From the NCBI RefSeq assembly GCF_963506605.1, contig NC_083283.1, forward strand, positions 36,642,001 to 36,706,000: a stretch of 64,000 bases of DNA, in the 5' to 3' direction. The notes under the pieces are model-generated. The model had not been told where the DNA came from, ran no database searches, and saw only the letters and a list, made by a program, of their open reading frames with translations. Positions 1-10,720 of this stretch are shown in pieces. Both the position numbers and the translations under genes were made by a program. Position 1 is the stretch's first letter, and every line of letters starts with the position of its first letter. Source of the DNA: Zootoca vivipara. Taxonomy: Eukaryota.

Positions 1-211
1 GAAAAGACCCTGATGTTGGGGAAAATTGAGGGCACTAGGAGAAGGGGACGACAGAGGACAAGATGGTTGGACAGTGTTCTCGAAGCTACGAACACGAGTT
101 TGACCAAACTGCGGGAGGCAGTGGAAGACAGGAGTGCCTGGCGTGCTATGGTCCATGGGGTCACGAAGAGTCGGACACGACTAAACGACTAAACAACAAC
201 AACAACAACAA
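1..211 (+). mobile_element. RTE-BovB LINE 3' end (runs off the window start)
   Basis: Encodes EKTLMLGKIEGTRRRGRQRTRWLDSV-like BovB ORF C-terminus; ends ACTAAACGACTAAA(CAA)n; near-identical to copies at 1.06 kb and 38.9 kb. Confidence 0.93.
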
Positions 212-1061
212 CTGGATATTTTTTTTAAAAAAGAACCTCATGACTATATGTGCATGTGTGAGGAGTTAATGGGAAATATGCCAAATCCTTTTGCTTGACG
301 AGACTTTAGAGCCTCATAAAGCTACTCAGATAATCATTTTTCAAACAAGGCAATTTGAAAGATTATCCAAGCTTCTTGGTTTTGTGTAACTTTCTGATTG
401 CTTGCAGGGGAGCTCTTTTATCTTAGGGAAAGACTGCATTTAATTTAAAAAAACCTTCATAGCTCACATTTTCACTGTAACTCTTCTGCTTTGGTGGCAA
501 GGGTAGGCAATATATTTCCACAAAAATGCTACTGTGAAAAGGATAAGTGGTAGGTCTCCAGTATGAATTATTACAGCATCATGTCTAACAGTACATTGTC
601 CTTCCTACTGAAGATTGAGTTCATGTTCTCTGGATTGCTTAGGATATTTTGTTTTAGCATACTGCCAGCTCTAAAGCATTCCCAGCTGATAAATTAGAAT
701 CCAGAAAAGCTATTAGAAAGTAGTTTCTCTGAAGACTGTGCAAAAAAAAGAGAGAGAAGTGACTAGGACACCCACTTCACCGATTTAAGTTCAGTACCCA
801 AATTATAATACCAGTGTCTGCAGAAGTTGTTATGGCTTGCTAATAAGGTAAATTGTGGCTATTAAGTGTATAAGGCTGACTGTTAATGCAAGCAGAAAAT
901 CAGCTCTGGGAAACTCTGAGCAGATTTGGGACTAAGTTCATGACATGAGAAAAATCACCCTGAGAGAAGAGATTGCCATGCTTTCATTTATTATTATTTT
1001 TTATCCCTCCCTCACTACAAAGTTTCCAAGGCATCTATCATTTCAACAGCACTGTTGTAAG

Positions 1062-1605
1062 TCAGAAAGACAAAATTAAAAGACGCCTGCTTCTTGGGAG
1101 AAAAGCAATGACAAACCTAGACAACATCTTAAAAAGCAGAGACATCACCTTGCCAACAAAGGTCCATATAGTTAAAGCTATGGTTTTCCCAGCAGTGATG
1201 TATGGAAGTGAGAGCTGGACCATAAAGAAGGCTGATCGTCGAAGAATTGATGCTTTTGAATTATGGTGCTGGAGGAGACTCTTGAGAGTCCCATGGACTG
1301 CAAGAAGATCAAACCTCTCCATTCTTCAGGAAATCAGCCCCGAGTGCTCACTGGAAGGACAGATCCTGAAGCTGAGGCTCCAATACTTTGGCCACCTCAT
1401 GAGAAGAGAAGACTCCCTGGAAAAGACCCTGATGTTGGGAAAGATGGAGGGCACTAGGAGAAGGGGATGACAGAGGACGAGATGGCTGGACAGTGTTCTT
1501 GAAGCTACAAACATGAGTTTGACCAAACTGCGGGAGGCAGTGGAAGTGCTATGGTCCATGGGGTCACGAAGAGTCGGACACGACTAAACGACTAAACAAC
1601 AACAA
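1062..1605 (+). mobile_element. 5'-truncated RTE-BovB LINE with RT C-terminal coding remnant
   Basis: ORF 973..1470 reads IKRRLLLGRKAMTNLDNILKSRDITLPTKVHIVKAMVFPAVMYGSESWTIKKADRRRIDAFELWCWRRLLRVPWTARRSN, the typical BovB RT tail. Premature TGA at 1468-1470 where the other two copies have CGA. (CAA)n tail. Confidence 0.95.
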
Positions 1606-1682
1606 AGCACACTATCAGCATGGATTCCCTCCCCCCTCCAATTCCAAAGCCATTATTTGACCATATAAATCACATGCTATAA

Positions 1683-1800
1683 AGGAGGGATGGGGAACTT
1701 GTGGCCCTCCAAATGTTGCTGGACTACAACTCCCATTATCCCTACCTATTGGCTTTGCTGGCTGAGGCTGATGGGAGGAGCACAGAGGTTCTGCACCCAC
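1683..1800. mobile_element. Old diverged palindromic hAT-type MITE
   Basis: GGCCCTCCAAATGTTGCTGGACTACAACTCCCAT...GATGGGAG core shared with the 136-bp MITE family; ends degraded. Similar relics near 18650-18760, 24735-24870, 29930-30030, 59560-59665 and 61565-61670. Confidence 0.6.
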
Positions 1801-2689
1801 CTCTTTGTCTCCATCAAAATGGAGCTAATCAAAGCCATTCAAATGATTGAACAGTGTTGATGGAACTCGGAATCTTAGTGCTCTGCTGCCTAGGCTATTG
1901 CTGTGATAGAGCAACTAAGCTAGTCCTATCCAGAAGAGGAGAGGAATGTCTACCCATCTGGACCTATTATGGGGCAATATTGAGCTCTCAGTGCTTATCA
2001 CTACTTAAAACAAGAATAAAAAAATTGGCTCAACTTTTCTGTGATTGTTAAATGCCTCCACTGAAACAACTGAGGTAGTACAAATTGATAATTTACAAGA
2101 AGAGATCTATTTGAAGAAGAAGAAAATCAATTGAGCTGTCTTCTGGGTATTGATTACTTGACTAGCATCCATATTACTTCAATATAAAATGTATTTTAAA
2201 CAAATGGGTCAATAGCAGTGTTTACATCAGGGTGGCATGGCAAATTTGTTCCTTATGCAGCTAAACATTCCTCTGTCTCCCCCTGCTGCCTTGACCAGCT
2301 CTATTACAACATGGCAAAGAGCTATGCAATGGTAGTGTACCCCTGGGAAAGGCAGAAGGACATAGCCTCAAGCAGACTGGAGTGGGATTAAGATAGTTAG
2401 ATCAGGACAATCAGCTAAAGCAAAGGAGGCAGGGAGCAGGAATACTGTCTGCACACACCCTCAAATCCTGAATGAAGGTTTGACTGACACCATCCTTTGT
2501 TAAAGATGCTGGGAACTGTTGCTCTGAGGGGAAAACTCCAGTTCCCAGGATTCTTGGGGGAAAGCCACATACTTTAAATGCATGGTGCTTATGCAGCTTA
2601 AGAAAGAAAATGCACTTTATGTCTGATGTCATTGACTACCAGTTGCGTGAATCTGAAGTGGAGAGAGCACTGTTGCTCTCAGGTTCTTC

Positions 2690-2790
2690 TTGAAGACTTC
2701 ATGGAGACATCTGCTTGGTCACTGTGAGAACAGAATGCTGAATTAGATAGGTCTTTGGCCTGATCCAAAAGAGCTATAATTATGTTCTTA
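2690..2790 (+). mobile_element. CR1 LINE 3' end remnant
   Basis: CATCTGCTTGGTCACTGTGAGAACAGAATGCTG...TTGGCCTGATCCA...TTATGTTCTTA, matching the other CR1 tails in the window. Confidence 0.6.
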
Positions 2791-3063
2791 CTGCTCTCCT
2801 GTTTCCCAGCTCCAAACATGTCTGCTGTTGCCAAAGCACCATGATCTGCTGCTTTCTCTAAATCCCAATACCCTTTTCAAGTGCTTAAAAAAATTCTTGA
2901 AACTAAATTGCTTTTCTTGATTAACTCAAATTGGATGGTTATGTATTATTCCAGTTCTGGAAATGGTTCAAGGCATATCTAGATGATTGTCCTGTTAGCT
3001 AACATGTGCCCCTTCTCACAACCACCCATGTAGTTAACCAGTGGCAGTGTTCTTAGACTAGAT

Positions 3064-3199
3064 CAGGGCTTCCCAAACTTGGGTTTCCAGCTGTTTTGGA
3101 CTACAACTTCCATCATCCCTAGCTAGCAGGATCAGTGGTCAGGGATGATGGGAACTATAGTCCAGAAACAGCTGGAGACCCAAGTTTGGAAAACCCTTG
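3064..3199. mobile_element. Palindromic hAT MITE (diverged relative of the 136-bp family)
   Basis: Long internal inverted repeat CAGGGCTTCCCAAACTTGGG...CCCAAGTTTGGAAAACCCTTG; flanks gactagat / gtctagag resemble a decayed 8-bp TSD. Confidence 0.8.
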
Positions 3200-4344
3200 T
3201 CTAGAGTCATGGCACTTTATGATCTGTGTTTCATTGATAATTACGTACTTTATGGCAACTTGCTTTTTAACAGATTTATGGATTTTAGTGGTGTTATATT
3301 ATTTTGTTGGGCACACGACTTGGAGAGTTTTATGATTAAGAAGCATATAAACCTTTCTAAATAATCCAAATAAATAAAATTGAAGGGAAAGGGGGGGAGC
3401 CTGCCATTTAGTCTGTTTTACAGCCAAAACACATTTCACCATGCTCAGTCTCTCATGTGAAGCAGGACAATGGTCCACAAAATAGCCTCACTCAATCTCT
3501 CTCCATGTGATCTCAAGAGCATGGGGAGAAATGCCTGAACAGAGCTAATTTGTCATCTTCTTCCTGTGAAAAGTATGATGAAGTCACTGAGGCTCCACTT
3601 GAAGCCGCACAGTCTCCAGAGGAACCATTCTATGGTTGCCATGGGGCACTAATATGAAGATCAAGATAGAGAGAAACAGTGATACAAGAAGCCAAAGAAA
3701 ATGCTTTGTTGTTTTTTTAAGAAAAGAAGTTCTTACACCTTGGTGGATTGCAAACTCCTGAGACTGTATTAGCTCATGTGATCTTTTGAAAGAAACAAAG
3801 GGAAAACTCCAGCAAGGCAGAGTTCATTTGATAAAAAGGTCCACACGTAATGTAAACACAGCAAGAGCTGTCATTATCCATCCAAGGAGGTGATTATGAT
3901 GTGTGGGCTGTATTTTGCCTTTTCTCTGCAAACCATAAATTCTGCGGAGATTTAACAGGACAGAAAATACAAGCCACGGTGCCCTTAATACTACAGTCTA
4001 ACCTTACTTGATTCTACCTACCTACCAACTATCAGCTATCTATCCACCAATCCTTACTAAAAATAATATATCTACCATGCACAAATAATTATTAGTGTTA
4101 ATAATTATCTGAAGCCCTTCTCTATGTACCCCATCCTTAAGAGTTGTGCAGGGTGTGGACAGAAGAATCGACTTTCTCAGTGGCATTTCCATGTATATGG
4201 AATCCTCTCCCCAGGGCGGGATGCCTGACAGTGTAACTATTTGTTTTTAGGCACCATGCAAAACATTCTTGCTCTCCCAGGCTTAATTTCCTGCTTATCT
4301 TTTAGTGTGGTGGGGTTCAGTTGGCTTGCTTCATTTGTCTATGT

Positions 4345-4480
4345 CAGGCACCCCCAAACTTCGGCCCTCCAGATGTTTTGGACTACAATTCCCATCATCC
4401 CTGACCACTGGTCCTGTTAGCTAGGGATCATGGGAGTTGTAGGCCAAAACATCTGGAGGGCCGCAGTTTGGGGATGCCTG
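4345..4480. mobile_element. 136-bp hAT MITE
   Basis: TIRs CAGGCA(C/T)CCCCAAACT; perfect 8-bp TSD GTCTATGT (4337-4344, 4481-4488). Confidence 0.95.
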
Positions 4481-4724
4481 GTCTATGTGTGTTACTGGTT
4501 TTTTTAGGTTGCTTCATTCTTGTTTTATTTTTTATTTTTTGTAAGTCACTTAGTGGTTTTTTGGGGTGGCGGGAAGCAAATAATAATAATAGTAATAGTT
4601 AAATACAGCTTGCATTCTGAAAGTATAGGGTTACTGTTGACTATCGCTTCATATAGCAGTGAGTGGACCAGAGGGATGTCCTCTGGTCCACTCCTAAAGC
4701 CACACCCCATGGCTCACCTGTCAT

Positions 4725-4776
4725 TGGTTAGAACCATGGGTGGTTAGAACCATGGATTGGTTAGAACCATGGGTGG
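4725..4776. repeat. Short tandem repeat, about 3 x GGTTAGAACCATGG(G/A)T
   Basis: Three adjacent 16-17 bp copies are visible directly. Confidence 0.85.
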
Positions 4777-5829
4777 GCCCCAGGATTTAGCACAACCGGC
4801 AGAGGAGGAAGTGACATTCTTTCCCAGTTGTGTTGCAGCCAGGAGATGGCCCTGATCCACTGCAGCTGTGCCCTACCACAACCTCACCCGCCGCCTAAAG
4901 TTGACAGATCTTTATTTAATAATATTTAATCTCTTTTATGTTTCTTAAGTTTGTGGGGTGAACATTTGCCCTAATGTCACAACCATTTTTGACATTTAGC
5001 CCCATCCAAGCATTTCCTAAATGGAGAGACATCAGTTTTCAGTGCAGAAATGCTGTTTACCTTGCTGTCATTTTCTTGCTAACCAAAAGGGGGGGGGGAA
5101 AACTGGCCACAGTTTGTATTTTCTAGAGTTAAGATAATAACAGACTGGAGAGTTTCCCCCGTTGTTTGGTTTGCTTTGCAGTATGCTTGTTACACCACCA
5201 TATAATCAGAGATTGTAGATATATACTGAGCAGAATCCCTTAAACTGCATATAGCATTGCTGCCTAAGCAACTTATTAAGAAATGTATGCACACAGTTCC
5301 CCGCCCCCAGGATTTATTCCTGCTTTCTTATTGGGTAAAGTATAAAAATCTCTGCTCACTCAATACCAGTGCGGTTTGGTTTTCAAACAAGTATTTATGG
5401 ATACACTGTCACATTATTAGCCAAATAGTTCCATTGCTCACTCCCCTCACCACCATTAATATTCAGGAAACCACAATGCTATCTTGTGTACCTTTAAAAA
5501 TATCTTTTTTCATCTAACCCATTAAAAAAATAATACTAAAATATAGGTATTATTATAATAACTATGGTTTACAACAGCAGGCCACCATTTATTTGGGGGC
5601 AAATGGGCACTTGTGAAATTTTTGAAATTGTGTGGGGAACAGTATAACACAAAATGGCTTAATAGTTTCCATATCTAAAAGAGCAGAAATGGAGACAGGA
5701 ACACAAAATTCAGAAAAGATGGGAGGATGAATATCAAATGAAATGTTTCAGTGGGTATATTTATTGTGGAGGGAGAGACTGAAGTAGTGCAAACAGGAAA
5801 TGAACTGGAAGAGCTAACAGTCTTTCATG

Positions 5830-6220
5830 CACTGGCTCCAGCCCCCTCAATATTTTGAATCAGGGTGCCCAGGCTCCCCCAATATTGAGGGGGCCGACAT
5901 CCACTGTCGGGCGCCCTCCCTGCATACCAGCCCCACCTGGGAGCTGGGAGGTAGCTGGAATGAGCAAGGGTGACGATCGCCTTCCCCGCTTTCCGTCCCC
6001 GCCAGAAGCATGTCGCGGGGAGAAGGAGGCCAAGCACAGAGCCCAGCGCCACGCTACGCCTCCTCCTCCCTGCTCAATGCCGCATCACAGTGGTGGGGGT
6101 GGGACACTCATGTGGCATAGGCGAGTGCGCACATGCTGGGCAGGGGCGGGACACATCACATGACATCACGTGATGTGTCATATATTGCACCCCCCAATGG
6201 GGGGGGAGTTGGCGGCCCTG
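5830..6220. mobile_element. GC-rich non-autonomous DNA transposon (hAT-like)
   Basis: Perfect 8-bp TSD CTTTCATG (5822-5829, 6221-6228); right end GGCGGCCCTG; left end degraded. A related fragment lies near 20430-20620. Confidence 0.75.
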
Positions 6221-6766
6221 CTTTCATGTACTGTAGATTTTTCAGGGATATTTACTGAGACCTTTTTAGATGTATACTGGCATCTGTAGATGACACATTG
6301 GCAACCCCTGGTGCACAGTGATATAACACTTCAAATAGGCTGGATGCTTGCAATCTATTGCTAGTGGTGAATTATTTCATGTTTTTGTGCTGAAATGCCA
6401 GTTTTGACTACAGCAAAATTATTTTAATGGAAACACAGTGTAGTGCAAAGCCGTGTGGCTTTGGAGACAATCAGTATATTTCAAGCTAACAATCCCCACA
6501 TAATTTTTGTGAACCTAAAATGTTACATGGAGTTGTGATAAGTTGTATTTAGCTGCAATTGTATGCCATCTCAACCTGGTCCCCAGGATCTCCTCTCTTC
6601 CCTTAGATTAAGTAAAACTCTGCTGCAGCCAGTTGAAAAATGAAGCCATAATCTGGATTCCTGTTAAAAGAATGTTACAATTACTTTAGGAAGCAGCACC
6701 AGCAGCTACTGCCATTCCAGAGCATCCATTTGTAACCTGGAATTAAACCATCCTACTGAGATGGTC

Positions 6767-7039
6767 GGGACGTGGGTGGCGACCTACCAACCTAGCAGTT
6801 CGAAAGCACGTCAAAGTGCAAGTAGATAAATAGGTACTGCTCCAGCGGGAAGGTAAATGGCATTTCCGTGTGCTGCTCTGGTTTCGGCAGAAGCAGCTTA
6901 GTCATGCTGGCCACGTGACCCGGAAAAACTGTCTGCGGACAAATGTCGGCTCCCTCGGCCAGTAAAGCGAGATGAGCGCCACAACCCCAGAGTCGTTTGC
7001 GGCTGGACTTAACTGTCAGGGGTCCTTTACCTTTACCTT
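6767..7039 (+). mobile_element. Sauria SINE, internally deleted
   Basis: GGGACGTGGGTGGCG start, CCAACCTAGCAGTTCGAAAGCAC...AAGTAGATAAATAGGTAC body, (ACCTTT)n tail; 13-bp TSD TACTGAGATGGTC (6754-6766, 7040-7052). About 90 bp of the tRNA-like head present in the 46.9/47.8-kb copies is missing. Confidence 0.93.
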
Positions 7040-8631
7040 TACTGAGATGGTCATGCTGTTTCTATAATTGTACTGGGTTGCCTTTTGTAGCTGACTGTCA
7101 GTCATATATGGAGAACTATTGCTTTGGCAGCTCCAACAGGCGTAGTGATTGGTAGTACGTACTCACAGCAACAGTCTCTGTGAGTCCAGGCTGTATGGTT
7201 GCTCTATAAGCTGAGCTGAGGAATCAAATAACTGCATGGTGCCAAGGAAGTGAGGCCAGAAGCAGAGTGAGTCTAGAAACAATGCCTGAAAGCCAGTTCA
7301 TGCAGCTAGGCTGGCAAAAGCAGATCAAAGAGCATGGTGTCAAGTCTGAGACTTGAAGTAGCAAGGAAGGAGGAAAGATTATTTTGGATCAGGAAGTTAG
7401 ATTCAAAGATAAGCAGTGAATAAGCTAGGAAGTATAATTGTAGAGACAAGTTATGATTGCTGATTCATAAATCATGGGCAGAAGCTCTACAAAGAGGAGC
7501 TTCTGTATGTGTGGCAGAAGCTCTACATAGGGCCCAAAGCAGAATACATTTATTGACATTGTTTTATAGAGGATCTAGAGTTTCCAGATCAGCAGCTACC
7601 AAGAAGGTGTTGCACTGGCATGAAAGGTCTTCTGGTGAGTGGCATTCAAATATAAATCCCATAGGTAGCTGCTGGGATAAAGCTAAATTTCCAGAAACTT
7701 TCTGCATATAGGACACTGTTTCCATTAATTGTCTGAAATTATAATGTTGATTTTGGAATACTATCACTCCCCTCTTCTAGTCTCATAACCTCCCTCCCTC
7801 CCTTTTTATTTACCTTTCCTTTCTGGCTTTGATATTTTCCCTTATTCTGTATTGTTGCTATTATTGCTTTTTGTGTATTAGAAAGTAAAAAAACCCAAAA
7901 CAAAACTAAAGATTATCTCACAGAGTCATGTGTGATCAAATATTTAATTGCAGAGATATAGGCAGGGTGAGAGTTCCTATAGGCCAGTCAGCATGACAGT
8001 TCTTCTGGATCTGATACAGGGTCTCTCGGGTGAACTACTCATGTTTGGAGGCTGGGAATAGCCCCCTTGGTTGTATGCCATGTCAGGCTTGAATCCCAAG
8101 GCAGCTTTTAATTATAGCTTTTGGTTATAGTGTAATTGCAAGACAAGCTGAACTGATTAGCTTTTGAAAAGGTCTCTTAGATAAGCATTCATAGATAGAA
8201 AAAATAACAACATACTGACGTATCCTATTCCTTCGAATACTGCTGTGTGGCTCAGATTTCCATCTTCCCAGCAAAGCCAGGGAGCTGTCCATTAGGTCAG
8301 AGTTCAAGGCTTTTAAGATAGAACGGAGCTGTCCAACTAAGAAGGGCCTGAGGAGGAGACATTTCATCAGCAACTTCTAGACCTCAAAAGAGCAGCTTTA
8401 TAGCTTTATAGCTTTCCCTGCAGTTCTCAGAGTGTTGGCAGGGACTTTGACATTGTGCTGGATCTGGCTTTCTCCTTCTGAACAAGAGGAGATGGGAGGC
8501 TTTGTGTCAAGATTTACCTACAGTGGATGAATGGCAGATGAAGATGATTGAATTTATGGAACTGGCCGAGCTGACCGGGAGACTTTGTGACCAGAGGGAA
8601 GAGTCGGTGGAAGAAGATTGGAGGAAATTTA

Positions 8632-10720
8632 TTTTTTATTTTTTTTTAACATACTTTTTTTTAATTTTACAAAATACAAAAAAACAATAAAACGGTACAT
8701 ACTTAAACCCCTTTTCCACCTCCTTCCTACCCACCCACATGGGTCCTCCCCTGCCACAGAAGTATCCCATGTTTGTGAACAGTCAGAAATGGTCCATTTT
8801 ATGCTTGGATTTCTGTCCTCCTCCCCCTCCCCTGACCCCAAAGCCCCCCCCTGCCACCAGGGAGCTCCAGCAAACCAGGGCAGTACGCAGGAGGACATCC
8901 ATCCAACCATCTATTGTTATACCAAAAAAAGAGAAAAATAGAAATAGGAAAAAAAGGGGAAAAAGAAAGGGCGAAGAAAAAAAAGAAAAAGAAAAAAACA
9001 ATACAAAACAGAAAATTTTTTCTTGCATTCATAGTTGAAAAACCATATTTTATGGGCTTCCCCTCCCCCCCTTCCCCGGTTTTCATCCCTTTTTTATCAT
9101 CTGCAACAGTTTCTTACTTTATAAAAATACACCTTTGTATCTTATACAACTTATAAATCAATTGTTAACATTTTCATCTAATATTCAAATCACTGAAAAT
9201 TCAAACTCCCATTTTCTCTTCCCGTGCCTAATTTTTTTTTCTCCCTCTATAAGCCTCCATATTTTCACATTTTCCAAAATCCATTCACTTTTAAAACTAT
9301 AACTATTCTCAATTTAACCTTACATCCCCGATTACCGGCTCCACCCCCCCCAATCCAGCAAATTCCAAAATCAGCAGACCAGTTATAAACCTGTTAATCC
9401 ATCCTTATAATCCCAACATCACTTTCCCTTCACCCCACCCCCTGTTTACAGTCTCTTGCCATCCAGGTCACCATACAGGACCCCTGAATTTCTTCTCTTC
9501 TCTGCATATTTTTTCCTTCTTCCCTGTGGGCGTTCTGGAGTTCCAATAATACCAATCGTGCCCCCCTCAAAGGCAGGGCACTCCATCCAACTTTTTGTAG
9601 AGTAGAGTCATCATTTTTTTCATGGTGTGTTTCATTTTGTGTTGAATCATCACAGTCCTCATCTTCATCTTTTCCTTCCCCATCATTGTCATTCTCACAT
9701 TGCTCTTTTTCAGTGTCAAAAGCTTCATCTCCTAGAAAATCATATTCCGCCATCACCTCCTGAAATTTCTGCTGTAACTCCTGTCGTCGTGTCTCCTCTT
9801 GACATAACTCTATTCTTGTTTCCCACATTAAGGTCAAAACAGACCGCTGGAACTCAGGGGAACACTTTTTTGTTGACATATTTCAGTCCTGCCAAGGTCA
9901 AAACTTATCACGTGGGGTGGAATATGATCACAGTTTATTTTCTCGACTCCATTTTAACAAGCTGGCTGCATTCTTCAAGTCTTGTTAACAATAAAGTTCG
10001 AACTCACATTTCACAAGCACTTAAGCCAAAAAAGAAATTCCACAAAGTCCAGAAATACAAAGTGAAGTAAAAATTGACTTATAAATCCTGATCAACTCAC
10101 TGGATTGCCTGGGCTGCCGGCTCCCGAGGGAAAGAAAGGTTTTTCTTAGGCTTTACCTCATTGCTGCAGGGCAGTCATAAACCACAGTCTCTCTCCCCTT
10201 TTCACCCTGCATCAAAGGGGATATTCTCTTTGATGCCTTTGAGGGATCCTTTTGAATTACAAATCTTCTGTTTATGGCTTCGGGTTTCTATTTACTGTCT
10301 CTTTGTTGCCGTGGGGGGGGGGGTGGCTTCCTCTTTTCTCCCCTCTCTCCCAGACCAAATTGTTTTATAATCCAAATCGTGAGGTTACTTACAGTCTTTT
10401 CCAATCGTTTTATTTTCGGAAGAATCCAGCGCTCTCCGCCTTCGGCTTGAAGCTTCTCCCTGCTAGAATAACGTTGCCGCTCAAAATGGCCCCCGCGACT
10501 TCTACCCTCCTCGCTCCGGAGCTCTTATTAGAGCTAACCGAAGAGTTGGGGAGTCCGGATTGGGTCTGTGCCGAGCAAATTGCCCTCGGGACGCCCTTCC
10601 CGAGGTTCTAAGGGGCGCAGCGTTGCTCTCGCTGCCCTCCCCACTCCTAGCAGAGACGGGCCGTCTCGGAGACGAGACGAAACCCCGCCGATCGACGCTG
10701 GCGCTGAACCCGGAAGCCTC
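8632..10720 (-). mobile_element. Apparently full-length non-autonomous L1-type retroelement (HAL1-like), 2089 bp
   Basis: Perfect 19-bp TSD GAAGATTGGAGGAAATTTA (8613-8631, 10721-10739); A-rich tail on the minus strand; CpG-rich 5' end beginning GAGGCTTCCGGG; single ATG-initiated ORF; no RT. Confidence 0.85.
9430..9879 (-). CDS. 149-aa ORF of the nested retroelement (predicted coiled coil + acidic tract; possible ORF1 derivative)
   Basis: True ATG start, same orientation as the element, centrally placed between about 840-bp 5' and 800-bp 3' UTRs; EETRRQELQQKFQEVMAE helix followed by a D/E-rich stretch. No homology search was run. Confidence 0.5.
   Translation of the reverse strand: MSTKKCSPEFQRSVLTLMWETRIELCQEETRRQELQQKFQEVMAEYDFLGDEAFDTEKEQCENDNDGEGKDEDEDCDDSTQNETHHEKNDDSTLQKVGWSALPLRGARLVLLELQNAHREEGKNMQRREEIQGSCMVTWMARDCKQGVG

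Noticed and set aside
8618-9156. Several Lys-rich or Phe-rich ORFs
   Set aside because: Translations of low-complexity A/T tracts in a retroelement 3' UTR.
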